Assembly: GCA_965649765.1 (NCBI GenBank)
Contig: OZ287760.1
Span: forward strand, 17,546,001-17,610,000
Source: Bispira polyomma
Taxonomy: Eukaryota
Length of the DNA stretch: 64,000 nt
Reading direction: 5' to 3'
How positions within the stretch are numbered: position 1 is the first letter of the stretch; the number at the start of each line of letters is the position of its first letter. Positions 40,401 through 53,164 of the stretch are shown here, piece after piece. The notes beneath the pieces were generated by a model. It was given only the letters and a program-made list of their open reading frames with translations. It was not told where the DNA came from and searched no databases. Position numbers and translations under genes: made by a program.

Positions 40401-40967
40401 TAAATGACTTTACATCTGTTCTGCCCTCCTTCGTAAAAGACCCCATGTTGGGTGTTTTTTGTTGTTCTATTTACTAACACATTGGGTAAAAAATGTCTCC
40501 TGAAAAAAATTCTAAACGGAACCCACATTGAATTTAATCTCAGTTACTATAAACCCAGACACACAAAATTCATTTTGCCCTTGTCTATAATCTTTCAATT
40601 TAACAGATACCTTCTTGCAAAAACCATGTCTGATAACAAATCCAAGTTTACACATGTCAAACATGTGTGCTTATTAAAATCATTGAGTATAAATCTGATT
40701 AACACAATATTTATTTTTGCCTGTCCTAGAAATTTTTAAAAGAGGAAATCCATTGCCACTTTAAAAACTCCAACTCTGTGCACAAATCCAAGTTATATAA
40801 ATAATTTTTTTTTCAAATTTCTACAATTTTTACACTGCCATTTGCAATATACTGGATAACACCCCCCCCCCCCCCCACCACCCCCCCCCCACCCCCATAT
40901 TTTTTAATACAATTTTTTCTTGATAATAAATTTTATTTCTCTTCCTTTCTGATTCTTTCCTTTACAG
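37463..40967 (+). other. Hox4: Hox4 intron (3505 bp, GT-AG, phase 1)
   Basis: The GTATGT donor and TTTACAG acceptor restore the frame between the hexapeptide and the homeodomain, the usual Hox intron position. Confidence 0.95.
38038..38150. promoter_or_regulatory. intronic homeodomain-site cluster (HB1-like candidate enhancer)
   Basis: TCATAAA, CGATTTATG, CAATTAC, TTTAATGG, TTTATTG, TTTATGA and TTTATTGG lie within ~110 bp of the Hox4 intron. Confidence 0.5.
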
Positions 40968-41320
40968 CCAGCAACGGGTCATTTAACGGCGACAACAAGC
41001 GCACGCGTACGGCCTACACCCGACACCAGATCCTGGAGCTGGAGAAGGAGTTCCACTTTAATCGGTACCTGACGCGCCGGCGGCGGATCGAGATCGCCCA
41101 CACGCTCTGCCTGAGCGAGAGACAAATCAAAATCTGGTTTCAGAACCGGCGGATGAAGTGGAAGAAGGAGCACAAGCTGCCCAACACCAAAACGAGACTC
41201 ACCGACGTCAACATCACGTCCCACATGCAAGATGTCACAGACTTGTCGACCGCGTGCTCTCAGGGTTTACTGCCACACACAACGGACACGAACGGCCTAG
41301 TGGATGATATGCCCTTATGA
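40968..41320 (+). CDS. Hox4: Hox4/Deformed exon 2 with homeodomain (40994-41173)
   Basis: A polypyrimidine tract and TTTACAG acceptor end at 40967. The phase-1 join gives ...[82 protein letters not shown]...[14 protein letters not shown] and KLPNTK are PG4-diagnostic. The stop TGA is at 41318-41320, giving a 927-nt CDS (308 aa). Confidence 0.98.
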
Positions 41321-42340
41321 AACGGACGGAGGAGGGAGGAGTCTGTATATTTATGATCTATTAGTGTAAATTTGATAATGTTTTAATTTCTGTTTTTGTG
41401 TGTGTCCTGTCTATATGATGTTGATGTACAGTGTTGTTCTTCAGAGGGAGAGGAGGATAATACAAAAACTGAGTCCATATAGTTCTTTATTGTTTTGTGT
41501 AAATAACTGTCTATAATGATATTATACATCTGTAGAGAAAGAGATATGCCTAGAGTTTCTAATTCCAGTGTTTTCGAAAAAATATGTCTTCATAATGCAA
41601 TAGTGAATCTCATCCTCATCATTAATATTATGCCTCACAATATATATATATATATATATATGTACATTGTTTATAGTAATAGATGTATTATCATCTTGAT
41701 ATTATTTATCACAGAAATGTGTGGGGGGTGGGGGGTGTCTTTGCTTATCTCTGTACAATAACACAACATCTGTGTTACAAATGTTAAATCATTCTGTTTA
41801 AATATAAACCTTGTAGTTTTTTTGTCTCCACTGGGCTGGTATTCTCAAAACAAACTCCTGGTAAAGCCGATTACTCAACTGCAATTTAGGCACCACGTAG
41901 AATTCCTTGTCAACATGTGACTATTTATTTTAATCTAATTTCATCACTGAATTCAAGTATGAGGCTAGATTGTAGATATATTTAATATAGATATCCTGAG
42001 TGTCTAGAGGAAATGCAGATTTGAGTTAAGTATGGCTTTGAGAATACAGGCACTGGAGTGTTTGCGTTTTTGTCTGAGTGATCAGTCTCACAATTTTTCA
42101 ACTAAAGTTTCTGAACTAGCAGGCATCTTCATTTCTTGGCTGTGGTATTACCTATCTGAATCCAGGATTATTATACCATTATTTATATGTAGAAAAAAGT
42201 ATACCTATAGTCCCTGAAACTACAAAATGAACTGACTTAATAAATTCTCAGTATTATTATTGTTATTAGTTTTACACAACAAAAAGTCAGAGAAAGAAAT
42301 AAAAAAAAAAACCTAATAAAAACCCACATGTAAAACGTAT
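41321..42340 (+). other. Hox4: probable Hox4 3' UTR ending near clustered AATAAA signals (42239, ~42298, ~42316)
   Basis: AU-rich sequence follows the stop. The first AATAAA hexamers I found after the stop cluster at 42239-42321. The end coordinate is an estimate. Confidence 0.5.
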
Positions 42341-43256
42341 TCATGTATTTATTATAATTCACTGAAACCATGACCTGTGTTGTGAGACGAGAACGCTTCA
42401 AAAATATCCACAGTTATTTGACAAAATGCTAATAGTTTTTAAAAGCAAATAGGACATAGATCTTGGTGGGGTTGTTTTCATCTGTCAGGCTTGGACGCTT
42501 GTGGATAGAATGCACAATGCCAGACTTGAAAAGGCCCGCGCCTAGCTGGCGGCTTCTTTGAAGTCTTGTTAAATGAAGGGATCGCGTGAAGGAGAGAGAG
42601 AGAGAGAGAGAGGGAGGGGTGCAGTCCATTTAGTCTGGTCCCCTGTACAAGCTGCACAGCTGTGACTGTGAGGCGGAGAAAAGTCTCCTAAGGCTCCAGA
42701 ACTGGTTCCCAATAAAAGTAGAAGCATGCTCACTTTGGCAAACCAAAAATGACAAAAAATAACCACAACAGCACATGGGGGTCTGTATATTTTACCTAAA
42801 GGGGTTTTTAAACTTAAACTCCTGTTTAAACTTAAAAATATCTCCTATATATTTCCATATTGGTAGTAAGAATAATCTAGACATGTCGTCATTTATTTTA
42901 ATAGAGCCTTCAAGGAGGAACTCTAATATGCGGTCAGATTTGGAGATATGTCTAATATAAGAGACATGTACATACAAGTAAGGCAGGTATTTTGAGATTA
43001 TTGAGAGTTGAAGGTTGGATACACCTTTGATAAATTAAAAGGGGTACTATGTACAAATATCTTTAAAGTCTTAAGAGATTCTGTTGTTGCGCTTCAGAAG
43101 ATGCCTAGCATCCAAAAAAGATGCATTGAAAATGCATAATGATAACTAAAGTATACCAAGAGTATTATTGTTCTTCATCAGAATTCATATGTTTCTTGTA
43201 GTTGATGTTTTTTGGATTTCATAGATGAACAGGTTCTTGCCACATATATTTGTGTC

Positions 43257-43402
43257 NNNNNNNNNNNNNNNNNNNNNNNNNNNNNNNNNNNNNNNNNNNN
43301 NNNNNNNNNNNNNNNNNNNNNNNNNNNNNNNNNNNNNNNNNNNNNNNNNNNNNNNNNNNNNNNNNNNNNNNNNNNNNNNNNNNNNNNNNNNNNNNNNNNN
43401 NN
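43257..43402. other. assembly gap (N run)
   Basis: 146 N bases. Confidence 1.
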
Positions 43403-43526
43403 ACATAGATGATTAGGTGTAATTGTAATTGGAGAGACGTGTGGCATTAATTATTACCACCTATACTAACACTGTAGTCACTTCTACCAACTAAACACCT
43501 CTCTACATGAACATATATATATATAT

Positions 43527-43563
<37 letters not shown>

Positions 43564-45859
43564 TGTGTGCACTAAAAGCTGTGTTTACACATTGTGACAT
43601 ATGGGGGTGGTGTCATCAGTTTCTCTCTTAGAAAGGCCTAGGTGACTCAATTGACCAAGTGTAGTTATCCTTAAACTGATTTACATTTAAAAGTTATTGT
43701 CTAGAGAAACATTTTTTTTCGACAGCTTTTTGGTTTTTGTGGCTTCGGGCATAAAACAGACAGAAATATATAGCTATTGTATGGTTTCTGACGTCAAGTT
43801 AACATCTTCTTTTGGGTGGGGGAGTGATAAAACATTAACATTTGTCATAAAGGGAAAACTAAAAAAAACTTGAGCTGGACTTTAGGGGGTGTGTGTGAGG
43901 GGGGGGGGGGGTATTAGTTGGAGGAACATACTAAGTGTAGCAGCATTCTCTGTTTACTGAATGTGTGCAATGAACACAACATGTGTACTTGTAGCAGCAG
44001 CTTCTTGTGTATGCCTCTTTTTCTAGATTTGTTGTATTAATCTACAGGGCATTAAATCATCAGCTTCTCATATAGGTATATAGATGTGTACAGACATGCA
44101 CAAACATGTATTTGTCTCCTTCCTATGAATCTCACTTAGACATGTGTTTTTACAGCCGTATAACGTCAGACTATGTATGACGTATGCGGATGTTATAGTT
44201 TGGGTTTGTCTTTGGTTTGTTTGTTTTTTTTTTGTTGTTTTTTTGGGGGGGTGGGGGGGGGGGGGGGTTGTTTTGTTTTTAAATGTATTTCATTGAAGTA
44301 AAAGTTCATGTCTTTATGATTTATGTTATAAAGTGTCTCTTTGTACGTTTTATCAGATCAGTAGTTCCCCATGATGTGATCATTTGCATGGCATATAATA
44401 TTTCAAGTTTTTTTTAATTTAAATCTTTTTATTTCTTAAGTATTGTTTATGACTGTTGGAACTGTATATTATGACCTTTTTAAAAACAATACAAATGCTG
44501 AAATCTTGTATAAATTTAAAGTCCTATAAATTCTTAAATACTTTCGACACTTAAACAGATGAACTGTTAGATTAGAAGTTTTTTTTTCAATATAAGCTTA
44601 ATTCCACTACAAACGTCTGTCAGATGCATGTTGTATTGATTAGTTCTGATCATTAGAAAGAGCCATCTGTGGTTGTAGGAAGCTCTTCGCCACATAGTCA
44701 AAGAGTTATTTGATGTATAGTTTTAAGTAGAGAAATATATAATGTTAATATCGAAATTTGTCTGTAAAAAATAGTATTCCCACTATCAATGTTTCAACAA
44801 AAAGCATCAACATTTTGCCAACAGGCAGACTATTGAAATGTTGTGGAAACAATACACAAACTTGTGTTCTATCTGGTTCTACAGGATACCAATCTTTGGC
44901 ATAAATAACTGTGACCTAGCTAAATTTTTTTCAATCTGTCTCAGACATTCTCAATATGACCTATACCCTATCTGTTAATTTCTTCAATAATTGATAAAAA
45001 AAAAACTAAGTTAATCAGAGTGGACCACCACCGCCACCACATGGTCAAGCAGAGTGATGGATTGAGTTCAATTACATTTTCAATAAGTTTAAGGGTACTC
45101 ACTCTCTTCCACGTGCAAAAAACAAAGTGAGTGTATGTATACTAACCACATGCAACCGAATGACATCGGCATTGTCCTCAGATAAATATATATATATATA
45201 TCTCAACATTGGCAACTCTTGGCTCTCGTGATGCTGTATTTTTTTGTTATCATCACTAATATATTGTCGTTAAGAATTTGCCAAATTGCAAGAAGTCATA
45301 TTGTCATCAATGATGGTAAAACCAAATATGCACACACATGGATATATTCTGTATATATAAGACACAGAATGCTCTTTTTATGAACTGATTGCATGTTTAA
45401 CCAGAGACAATGAGTGGCACTAGAATGTGGGCTGGAATTGTGTGGGAGGTTTTAACAGTTTTGAGGTAAGAGTTTGTTTGAGGAGTGTATATTATTATTA
45501 TACAGCCTGATTTGTTTGTGATTGTGGTGTTTAGTGAGTATATAATAGGCTGCAGTACATTGTGACATCTGTGTCCTCCTATGGTGTGTACAGTAAAAAT
45601 ACAATCTCCATCCAGAGATACTGTTTCTATATGTACTCTTTGGTTTGGGCTTGTGTGTGTGTGTATAGCTGGCAGGTAATTGCCTGATCACATGAATGTT
45701 GATACATTGTCACACACTCACATACACAGAGGTAACGGAGACTTTTAGGTCTGTATTCTCCAAACAAAAAAACAAAACAACTCGAGCTCAACTCAAACAC
45801 TCAAACTCATATTTATGTGGAAGTCCTTGTATGTCGAAATTGTAACCCTACATTTGGTG

Positions 45860-46104
45860 GGGGCCGTGGTGGCCTAGTGGTTAGCAAGCATTGCACTTCA
45901 CAATCACTGGTCTCTCACCTCTGGGCTGAGTTCGAATCCCGTCGATGCCTATGTGAGAAAGGTGGTAGTTCCTTACTGTGAGCCGCTGCTTTCTCTGCAG
46001 AACCTTGACCGACTGTATGCGGTGTTTCCTCCAGCGTTTCCAACTACCCGTCCCAATATAACCTACTAAAAGGTACAAGAGTGGACGTTAAATATTCAAA
46101 TTCA
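45860..46104 (+). mobile_element. young tRNA-derived SINE, copy 1, with 16-bp TSD
   Basis: A box TGGCCTAGTGG, B box GAGTTCGAATCCC and a TTCAAA-repeat tail. It is flanked by AACCCTACATTTGGTG at 45844-45859 and 46105-46120 and is highly similar to the copy at 53218. Confidence 0.93.
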
Positions 46105-47056
46105 AACCCTACATTTGGTGTCACCCCATCCATTTTAATAAAAAGAACCTTCAGTGCTGAGTTGAAATATATGTGCAGTCGGAAATTTTAATTAACTTCA
46201 TTCTATAGCCAGAGCTATATATAGATGGATTAAAATTGTTTATAGCTTGACACTGAGTTTAAATTTGTTTGAGCTGTTTGGAGAATTACTGCCACTTATC
46301 TTGCCTTTCTATGTGCTGTAATGTTTCTGCAGTACATCATTTTCAGTTGAATATATATTAACCATACATATTTTCTTTTTTTTTGCTTTTCTCTTCACAC
46401 AACAAATTCAGGGATTGTGTTTTTAGTCACTTGTAAACCGTGTGTGTGTGTCTGTTGTAGTGCTTTTACATAATATATATATATATATAAATATATCTTC
46501 TATGTGTAATTCATATATTTATTGACATGAACAATGTATCCTATATAAGCAGAGATGACTCATTCATGGTGTGTCATTCGTCAGGTTTTACATATGAAAA
46601 CTCCAGTTTCTGTGTATAAACAACAAGATCCATATACTATCCTGATAATAGTCATGACCTGATTCATCATGTCAAACTTTAGTTATAATCACCAGCTTCA
46701 ACATGCTTTTTTGCAGCTTTTTTGTTGTCGGGGGTGTTGTTAGTTTTATTTTTTTTTTTGTTTTCTTACAAGTTAAAACATCAGCTATAGCTCTTTGTGG
46801 GGGATCTTATTTACTGCCAAAACTTCTTTAAAATATTCATCATTTTACACATCAATTTGTTGTTTTTGTCCCAGAAAAAAAAACCAATGTGTGGCATTGT
46901 ACACAACAATACTTTTGTTTGTGGCTTCTATATACTACTTCACTTCTGAACTGGTGGTTGACAGTGGGCATATTGTCCTCATGGAGATCCTGTGCAAGAG
47001 AGATATAGTATAATGGGAAACTGACATCCAGAAGTTTTCTTGTGTTGTCCCAGCTG

Positions 47057-47059
<3 letters not shown>

Positions 47060-47131
<72 letters not shown>
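47060..47131. repeat. (AT)n(GT)n microsatellite
   Basis: Direct reading. Confidence 0.95.
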
Positions 47132-47398
47132 CTTGAACTGTATCATAGGTGTATGTTGCCAGTTGTTATGGTCAATTCTTCAATGAACATTTCTGTGTAC
47201 TGTTTAATGGTTAAACATGAAATCCATTTGTAACTGTGTATCCAGTTCCTGTTCTATACATACTTGTGTGTACACCTACAAACTTATGTGTCCATATATA
47301 TATATATATATATATCTATATATAAATTATCAAAAAAATAAATTAAATTGTTGTTATTGTCGTGTATTTCTTTACCAAGTCTCAATATATATATATTT

Positions 47399-47734
47399 AA
47401 TAATAATAATTATTATTCATTTGATATAGCGCATTTTGAGCATCACTGTTATTAATGCGCTTTGACATTATTAACCCAGCCTGGGTTCTTTTACTTGTCA
47501 ACCAATTGTTCTGTCTCAGCTCCCTCAGGAAGCATACTAGCTGTGCTGCCACATACAGCGCACAAAGACTAACGCCTATTAGTAACTAGGTACCCATTTG
47601 TACACCTGGGTAGGGAGGGACAACTTTGTGTAAAGTACCTTGTCCAAGGGTACAATCTCCAGGCCAGCAGCGAGGATCGACCCAGGTCACTCAGATCCAA
47701 AGTCCAACACTCTCACCGGTACGCCACAGAGACC
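47399..47734 (-). mobile_element. tRNA-derived SINE with CORE/Nin(Deu)-like domain
   Basis: The minus strand reads a tRNA-like head (GTGGCGTACCGG...GGGTCGATCC), then CCTTGGACAAGGTACTT...CCCAGGTGTACAAATGGGTACC, then GCTTCCTGAGGGAGCTGAGA. It ends GCGCTATATCAAATG plus a (TAT/AAT)n tail. Domain assignment is from recall of conserved SINE cores. Confidence 0.75.
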
Positions 47735-48874
47735 ATATACATATATATATATATGCTTATGATTCACACATCACACAATTCGTCTCTTGTTTCCCTCATC
47801 AGTGTATTTGCACATTATATTGATCTTGTTTTTCCTCTTCACACAAGCACCATTTAAATTGTTGATAAAAATTAATTATCAAAAATCAATGGCATCTCAT
47901 GCGGCATTTTTTTTTTCTCACAGATGCAGTAGTATATTATATCACACCACATTTGTCCATATAAAGACTACAGGAAATATAAATACAAAACAAACTCAAG
48001 TCACGACAACCCAAAGTTCATTATCACCCAACATAAGACATACAATTTGTACTAATAATCTAATCTAATGACTCCCTCTGGCCTTGCATTAAACGTCTAG
48101 TATATTTAATTCTTGCACAGAAACCGTATGTTGGCAAACTCCCAATTTGGTTTTGACTTAGAGCATATCTTAATGAAACAACACCACAATGTTTCTTTAA
48201 AAAAAAAAAAAAATTATACATATGTATATATACAAAAGTTAGTGACAAATAGTGTATTAAGAAATAGCCAACAAAAACTTGAAAGGATTTGAGAGTCTTG
48301 TGTATGAACTGTAGATTTCAGAGGAACAGAGAACATAGACTACAGAGCCATCCCTGCATCTGTCCTTAACAGGTTTATTGAACAGACTTTGAAATAATGA
48401 AGATGTATCAGCATGTTATGGCTCTTTTGAAACCCATATGTATCTCCCCCCCCCCCACTTGTATCAATGTTTTAACCTGCATTCAATCTAATGAAATTGA
48501 ATACATGTATAATAACAGTGAGAACAGAGCTCTAATTGAAAGGGGGAATTAAGAAGCAATACTGGTAATTTTGATGAAGCACTAGTTTTTAGGGTTATTT
48601 TTTTGTTGCTGCAATATGTCAATTCCACTCAGTTCCCATGTAATGGATGAGCCCTGTCTTGTATATCATATGTGCCCCAGTTTGTTCTTTGAAAGTGGCA
48701 ATGGGAAATACAACAGTAGATGTGTATGTGTGTGTGTGTGTGTGGAGAATAAACTTTATTTACTCACCTATAACTTCAGAACCCAGTTTTGTAGTAACAA
48801 TTCCAAGACGACCCTGGGGTGATGCATTGTCTAATATAGTTTGATTAATCACCCAGAAATACAGTATGTGGTTC

Positions 48875-48877
<3 letters not shown>

Positions 48878-48952
<75 letters not shown>
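48878..48952. repeat. (TA)n microsatellite
   Basis: Direct reading. Confidence 0.95.
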
Positions 48953-48956
<4 letters not shown>

Positions 48957-51483
48957 GTGGAAATGATATTTGAAGAAGTATAGTCTTTCTTCTCTCTAGC
49001 TACATATATGTGTGATTTAAGTTCTGTGGCTCACTCACATAAGAGGATTCCTTGCTTGTGTTACAAAATATGTGGGGGTTTTGCCAGTTTGTATTCAAAT
49101 GTATCAGAGAAGAAGGACAAAACAAACGGGCATATCTTATTGTAGGGATCTCTTAACTACATAAATAGGCAGACCATGAGACTATATAGTGTCATCAAAT
49201 AAAACCCTCCATCAATTAAAAAAGAGGGTGCCTTAATCGTTCACCTGTTATATCAACTGAATCACTGAAACTTGCTTTGAAGTTTTTTTATACATATCTG
49301 TAGGACACATTGACAGAAAAAAAATGAGTGTTCTTATTAATGTTGAGAAATTATAGGAATAAAACATCTTTAGTAGTCTAAACAAGCATATTTAAGGTTT
49401 GACTTGTTTTTTTTTTTAAATGATATCATTCAGCAACCAGTTTAAGTCAACCATAACAAAAAATTTTCCTTTACCAAAGAAGGAAATCCATTGTCTATAA
49501 AAGTAATTAAGAAGGAACACATCAACAAAAAGGACAGAGCTATCCAATTTAAACTTTGATGATCAATAGTAGATCTGCTGAATAAAAATGGAGAACTGGC
49601 GATGATCAATAGATAAAGCGCTGTCATCCTATACAGTCGAACAATCGATTCAGCGCCTGCACACCTCACGCAAATACTTGGTGTTGTTTTTTTTCACACA
49701 CCCTTCCTATCTCCACTACTTGTAAAAAAAGTGGTACTGGCTCCTCTTTCTCATCCTTAGATAATAACATTAATAAAAACAACAATAGTACTAATCATTA
49801 GTGTGTCTTTCACATCTAGTATAGATCCTGCATACAACAACAAAAAATACCTTATTTAGCCAACACAAAAGCAATAAGGTGGAATTCTATGCCCACATAG
49901 CTTATATCAATGGCACACCAGTTTTTAACCCTCACTCACTTCCCTGTAATTATGTCATAAATCATCTAAAGACACACAACAACAAAAAAACCCTACCTGT
50001 CCCTGGCATTATTTATTATTAACATGGCTGCTACTAGTGTACAGTGGCGACCCACACCATTACTGCAAATGTAACCATGTCAATTGTCTATGAAATATGC
50101 ATGGACACAGATCACACTTGATCTGGTCGATGGCTAAAGGTTAAAACCCCCTGTTTTTGTCTACATATTTCTATTTCAAAAGAAGCAAGAGAAAAAGAGA
50201 GCGAGAGAAACAATATACTCAAAGAGAAGTGGTAATATACAAGAGACTTTCAAAACCTTAGACGTGTCTTTGTTGAGATGGCCATAGTGTCCAGGTTATT
50301 TTGCATGGCACATGGAAAAACAAATGGCTATTTTAAATTATAGGTTTAACCATATACCTTGGGGTGGAGTTGGGGGTGGTGGGGATACTATCACCTGTGC
50401 CCAAAGCACTCATGACAAACTTGCAGCAGCTTTGAAAATGCACCAGGACCAATTATTGTGTGTGTTGCTACTGTTTCATAAGGCAACTACAGCCCTATTG
50501 TTAGTTAATCAGCGGTACTCAAAAAACCAGTTAGCTACCTGATTGACCCAGTTAGGGACTATAACAGACTTTTTGTGTGCAGGATAAAAGCTGTGTAATT
50601 TTGGCTCATTAGTCTAGGTAGACTTGTCCCTGGTACAAGTGGGTGTAAAAACACAGGAGAGAGGTTTTTTTCTTCTGGTTTATGTTTGGGTGTGTCCCCT
50701 ATTTTCAAATAAAAGTCCCCCCCACCCCCCCTCTCAATACCACCCCACCCACCCTCCTCCCCAGACTCCTACATGGCTGGCTAGGTTTTGTGATTTGTGT
50801 TTTGTTTTGCTATCCTGGGCTGTAATCTGTCCCCATGCTTTGTGGGTATGTAATTAGTTGATTGTATGCCAAACTCTGGCTCAGCTGCAAAGCCACTTGA
50901 CACAGCATTTTTTTTTTTTTTTTTTGCGTTTGTCCTTTATTCACACATCAAAGACAGGGATAACTAAAGCAGTAGTTGTCCCCTGAATGCCTCTCTGTGC
51001 TAGTGTTGTGTCTCTAACCTTCACTGGCAAAAGTGACACACCTGGGGTCTATTTATTCGTGGGCCACTTAGTACAGCTGGGGGGAAAACTGGAGCTGGTG
51101 AGATGTCATTAATGAATCCAGAAGAGATAAGCCCACTTTTGAAAGGTCTAACTGGGATCTTAGGACCATATCATCATTCACTGGTCAATAGAAAACCAGA
51201 ATGAATCTTTAAAGTATCCACACTTTGGTGGCATATAATGAATCTACCACACACACTTTACAACCTGTACAAAACCCAAGTTTAGAGCACACCATGGTAT
51301 CAATCAATCTTATAGCCAGAATGAATTTCTTCCCCTTCAAATCCAAAAGATGAACTTCCATGTGTCTCTCCTGTGTTACCCTTTTAAAAGTTAAAACCAT
51401 GACTTTGAAGGTTTGAATGAAGTTAACCGATGATTTCCAAACTGAAAGCATGTGGTACATGTTATTAATGCCATTGCGTCTTA

Positions 51484-51897
51484 GTGTGCGTTTCCATGCA
51501 GGCAACTTTCTGAGGCGATCGGGCGACGGCCGACGGCGATTCTATCAGTTTCATTGATTTATAACAGTGTTTCCATGTGAGCAACGCCGATAGGCGACAG
51601 GTAATGCCAGGCGATTTTTTCGGTAGTAGGAGCCTTGTAAACATTGCCGTTTTTTTTAAATAACTCAAAAATTACTAAAGGTATAAATTTAATAAAAAAA
51701 TATGGTGAGAAAGCTTACTTTATCGGGTATATTGTGCTTTTTGTTGCATCAAAATCGGTTGAGAAATGGCTAAGATATTTAGGTTTAAATACAGGTATCG
51801 ATTTTTCTCAAATATTGTACAGAAACATAAAAATTGAAAATTGCCTGTTATACGTCGGCTGGTCGCCTCAGAAAGTTGCTTTCATGGAAACGTTCAC
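51484..51897. mobile_element. non-autonomous DNA transposon (PIF/Harbinger-like MITE), intact copy
   Basis: Imperfect TIRs of about 40 bp (GTGTGCGTTTCCATGCAGGCAACTTTCTGAGGCGA / TCGCCTCAGAAAGTTGCTTTCATGGAAACGTTCAC), flanked by TTA at 51481-51483 and 51898-51900. Confidence 0.85.
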
Positions 51898-51984
51898 TTA
51901 ATCTGCTACTGCATCAACATTTGCAACATTGTATGAACATTAAATTTGTGTCATCAAACTTTCTATTGGGGCCCTATTCTATTA

Positions 51985-52172
51985 TAAGCATCTGCTTTAA
52001 ATCACTGGCCTTTTACCTCTGGCGATCGAATCGGACAGATTCCTTCTGCACATGGGAAAGATTATCAGATACTTTGCAGTAGGTCAGTGACTTCTAGTGC
52101 TTCCACACTGGTTTCCTGCATCACTAAAACCTGGCTGTCGCAATATGACCAAAGTTTTTGAACGTGACGCCA
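51985..52172 (+). mobile_element. older SINE (Meta-SINE-like) degenerate copy
   Basis: TGGGAAAGATTATCAGATACTTTGC...ACTGGTTTCC...CTGGCTGTCGCAATATGACC...TTGAACGTGACG aligns by eye with the other copies. Confidence 0.65.
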
Positions 52173-53164
52173 TTGCAATCTTTGAAGAGTTTGATGATGA
52201 TATTTAAAGCAAATTAATACCTTTAATGTTTCCTCGATGGGAAACAAGTAAAGCAATTTCGCAATATTTTTTTGCAACTGTTACAACATTTACAGATAAT
52301 TGTCAAATCCACTAAAATAACGAATTATTTCACTCTTAATGATTCTCCATTAATATATAAAAAGTTATAGTTACGTCACGCTCAAGACCTAGGAAATGCT
52401 TACTATTGTTGAACACTGCTATTGCTTTGAAATGAAGCCAATATATGCTGGATATCCCTCATAAATGACAACTGCTACAGTAAATGATTTCTATAAAGTA
52501 TAATAATTACTGCAAGGATAAAAAAAGTTTATCTTCGTCGACAAATCTCCATTCAGTTTGCTTAATACACATTACCCCTACAATATAAATAGTATGTAGT
52601 TCTTGTCATCATCAATTAGCTATACTGTATGATAGTAAATTCATTGGACAACTTTCTATAGTCAATTTTCTTTAAATCTATTTTAGTGCTTTGTAAGCTT
52701 CCATCTAAATCTGTATTGTGGCATGCCATTACTTATTTATCATACCCAGTGATGTCACTTGTGGTTCAACCTTTTTTTTTTTTAGAATTTTAGAATGAAG
52801 TTTCTACTGATTCGACCCTGCAGCCTTTTCAGTTGAAGTCCCATGTCAATTATTCAGGAGAAAGCTCAAAACGTCTCAGTACACCATGCACCTTATATTC
52901 TTCTTCCTGTTTTATTTTTTTTAATATTGTTTTCTAATGGTGTTCTGATATTAGCTGCATTGCCTACAACAAATGCATACAATAAATGTCAAAATTATTA
53001 TGTCATTGGCAGCAATTTCATGTCTGCAATGTGGAACGTCATATGATTGTTCTTATTTATTGGCCAGGTTAACTTCACTCAACCCTGTGGCACATTGAAT
53101 GAGACTGATTTTTTTCAGTAAATCAAGAGTAACTGGTTATTACTTCTCTTGCAACTATTGTGTA

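Noticed and set aside
40979-41230. 83-aa minus-strand ORF over the homeobox
   Set aside because: Antisense shadow of GC-rich homeobox codons, with no independent evidence.
43178-43447. ORFs spanning the N run
   Set aside because: Artefacts of the assembly gap.
44010-44052. Minus-strand GCCCTGTAGATT resembling a miR-10 5' end
   Set aside because: Similarity ends after ~11 nt and there is no full-length complementary arm.
45860-45945. tRNA-like sequence with A and B boxes (also at 53218)
   Set aside because: It continues into a shared ~170-bp body and tail flanked by TSDs, so it is a SINE head and not a tRNA gene.
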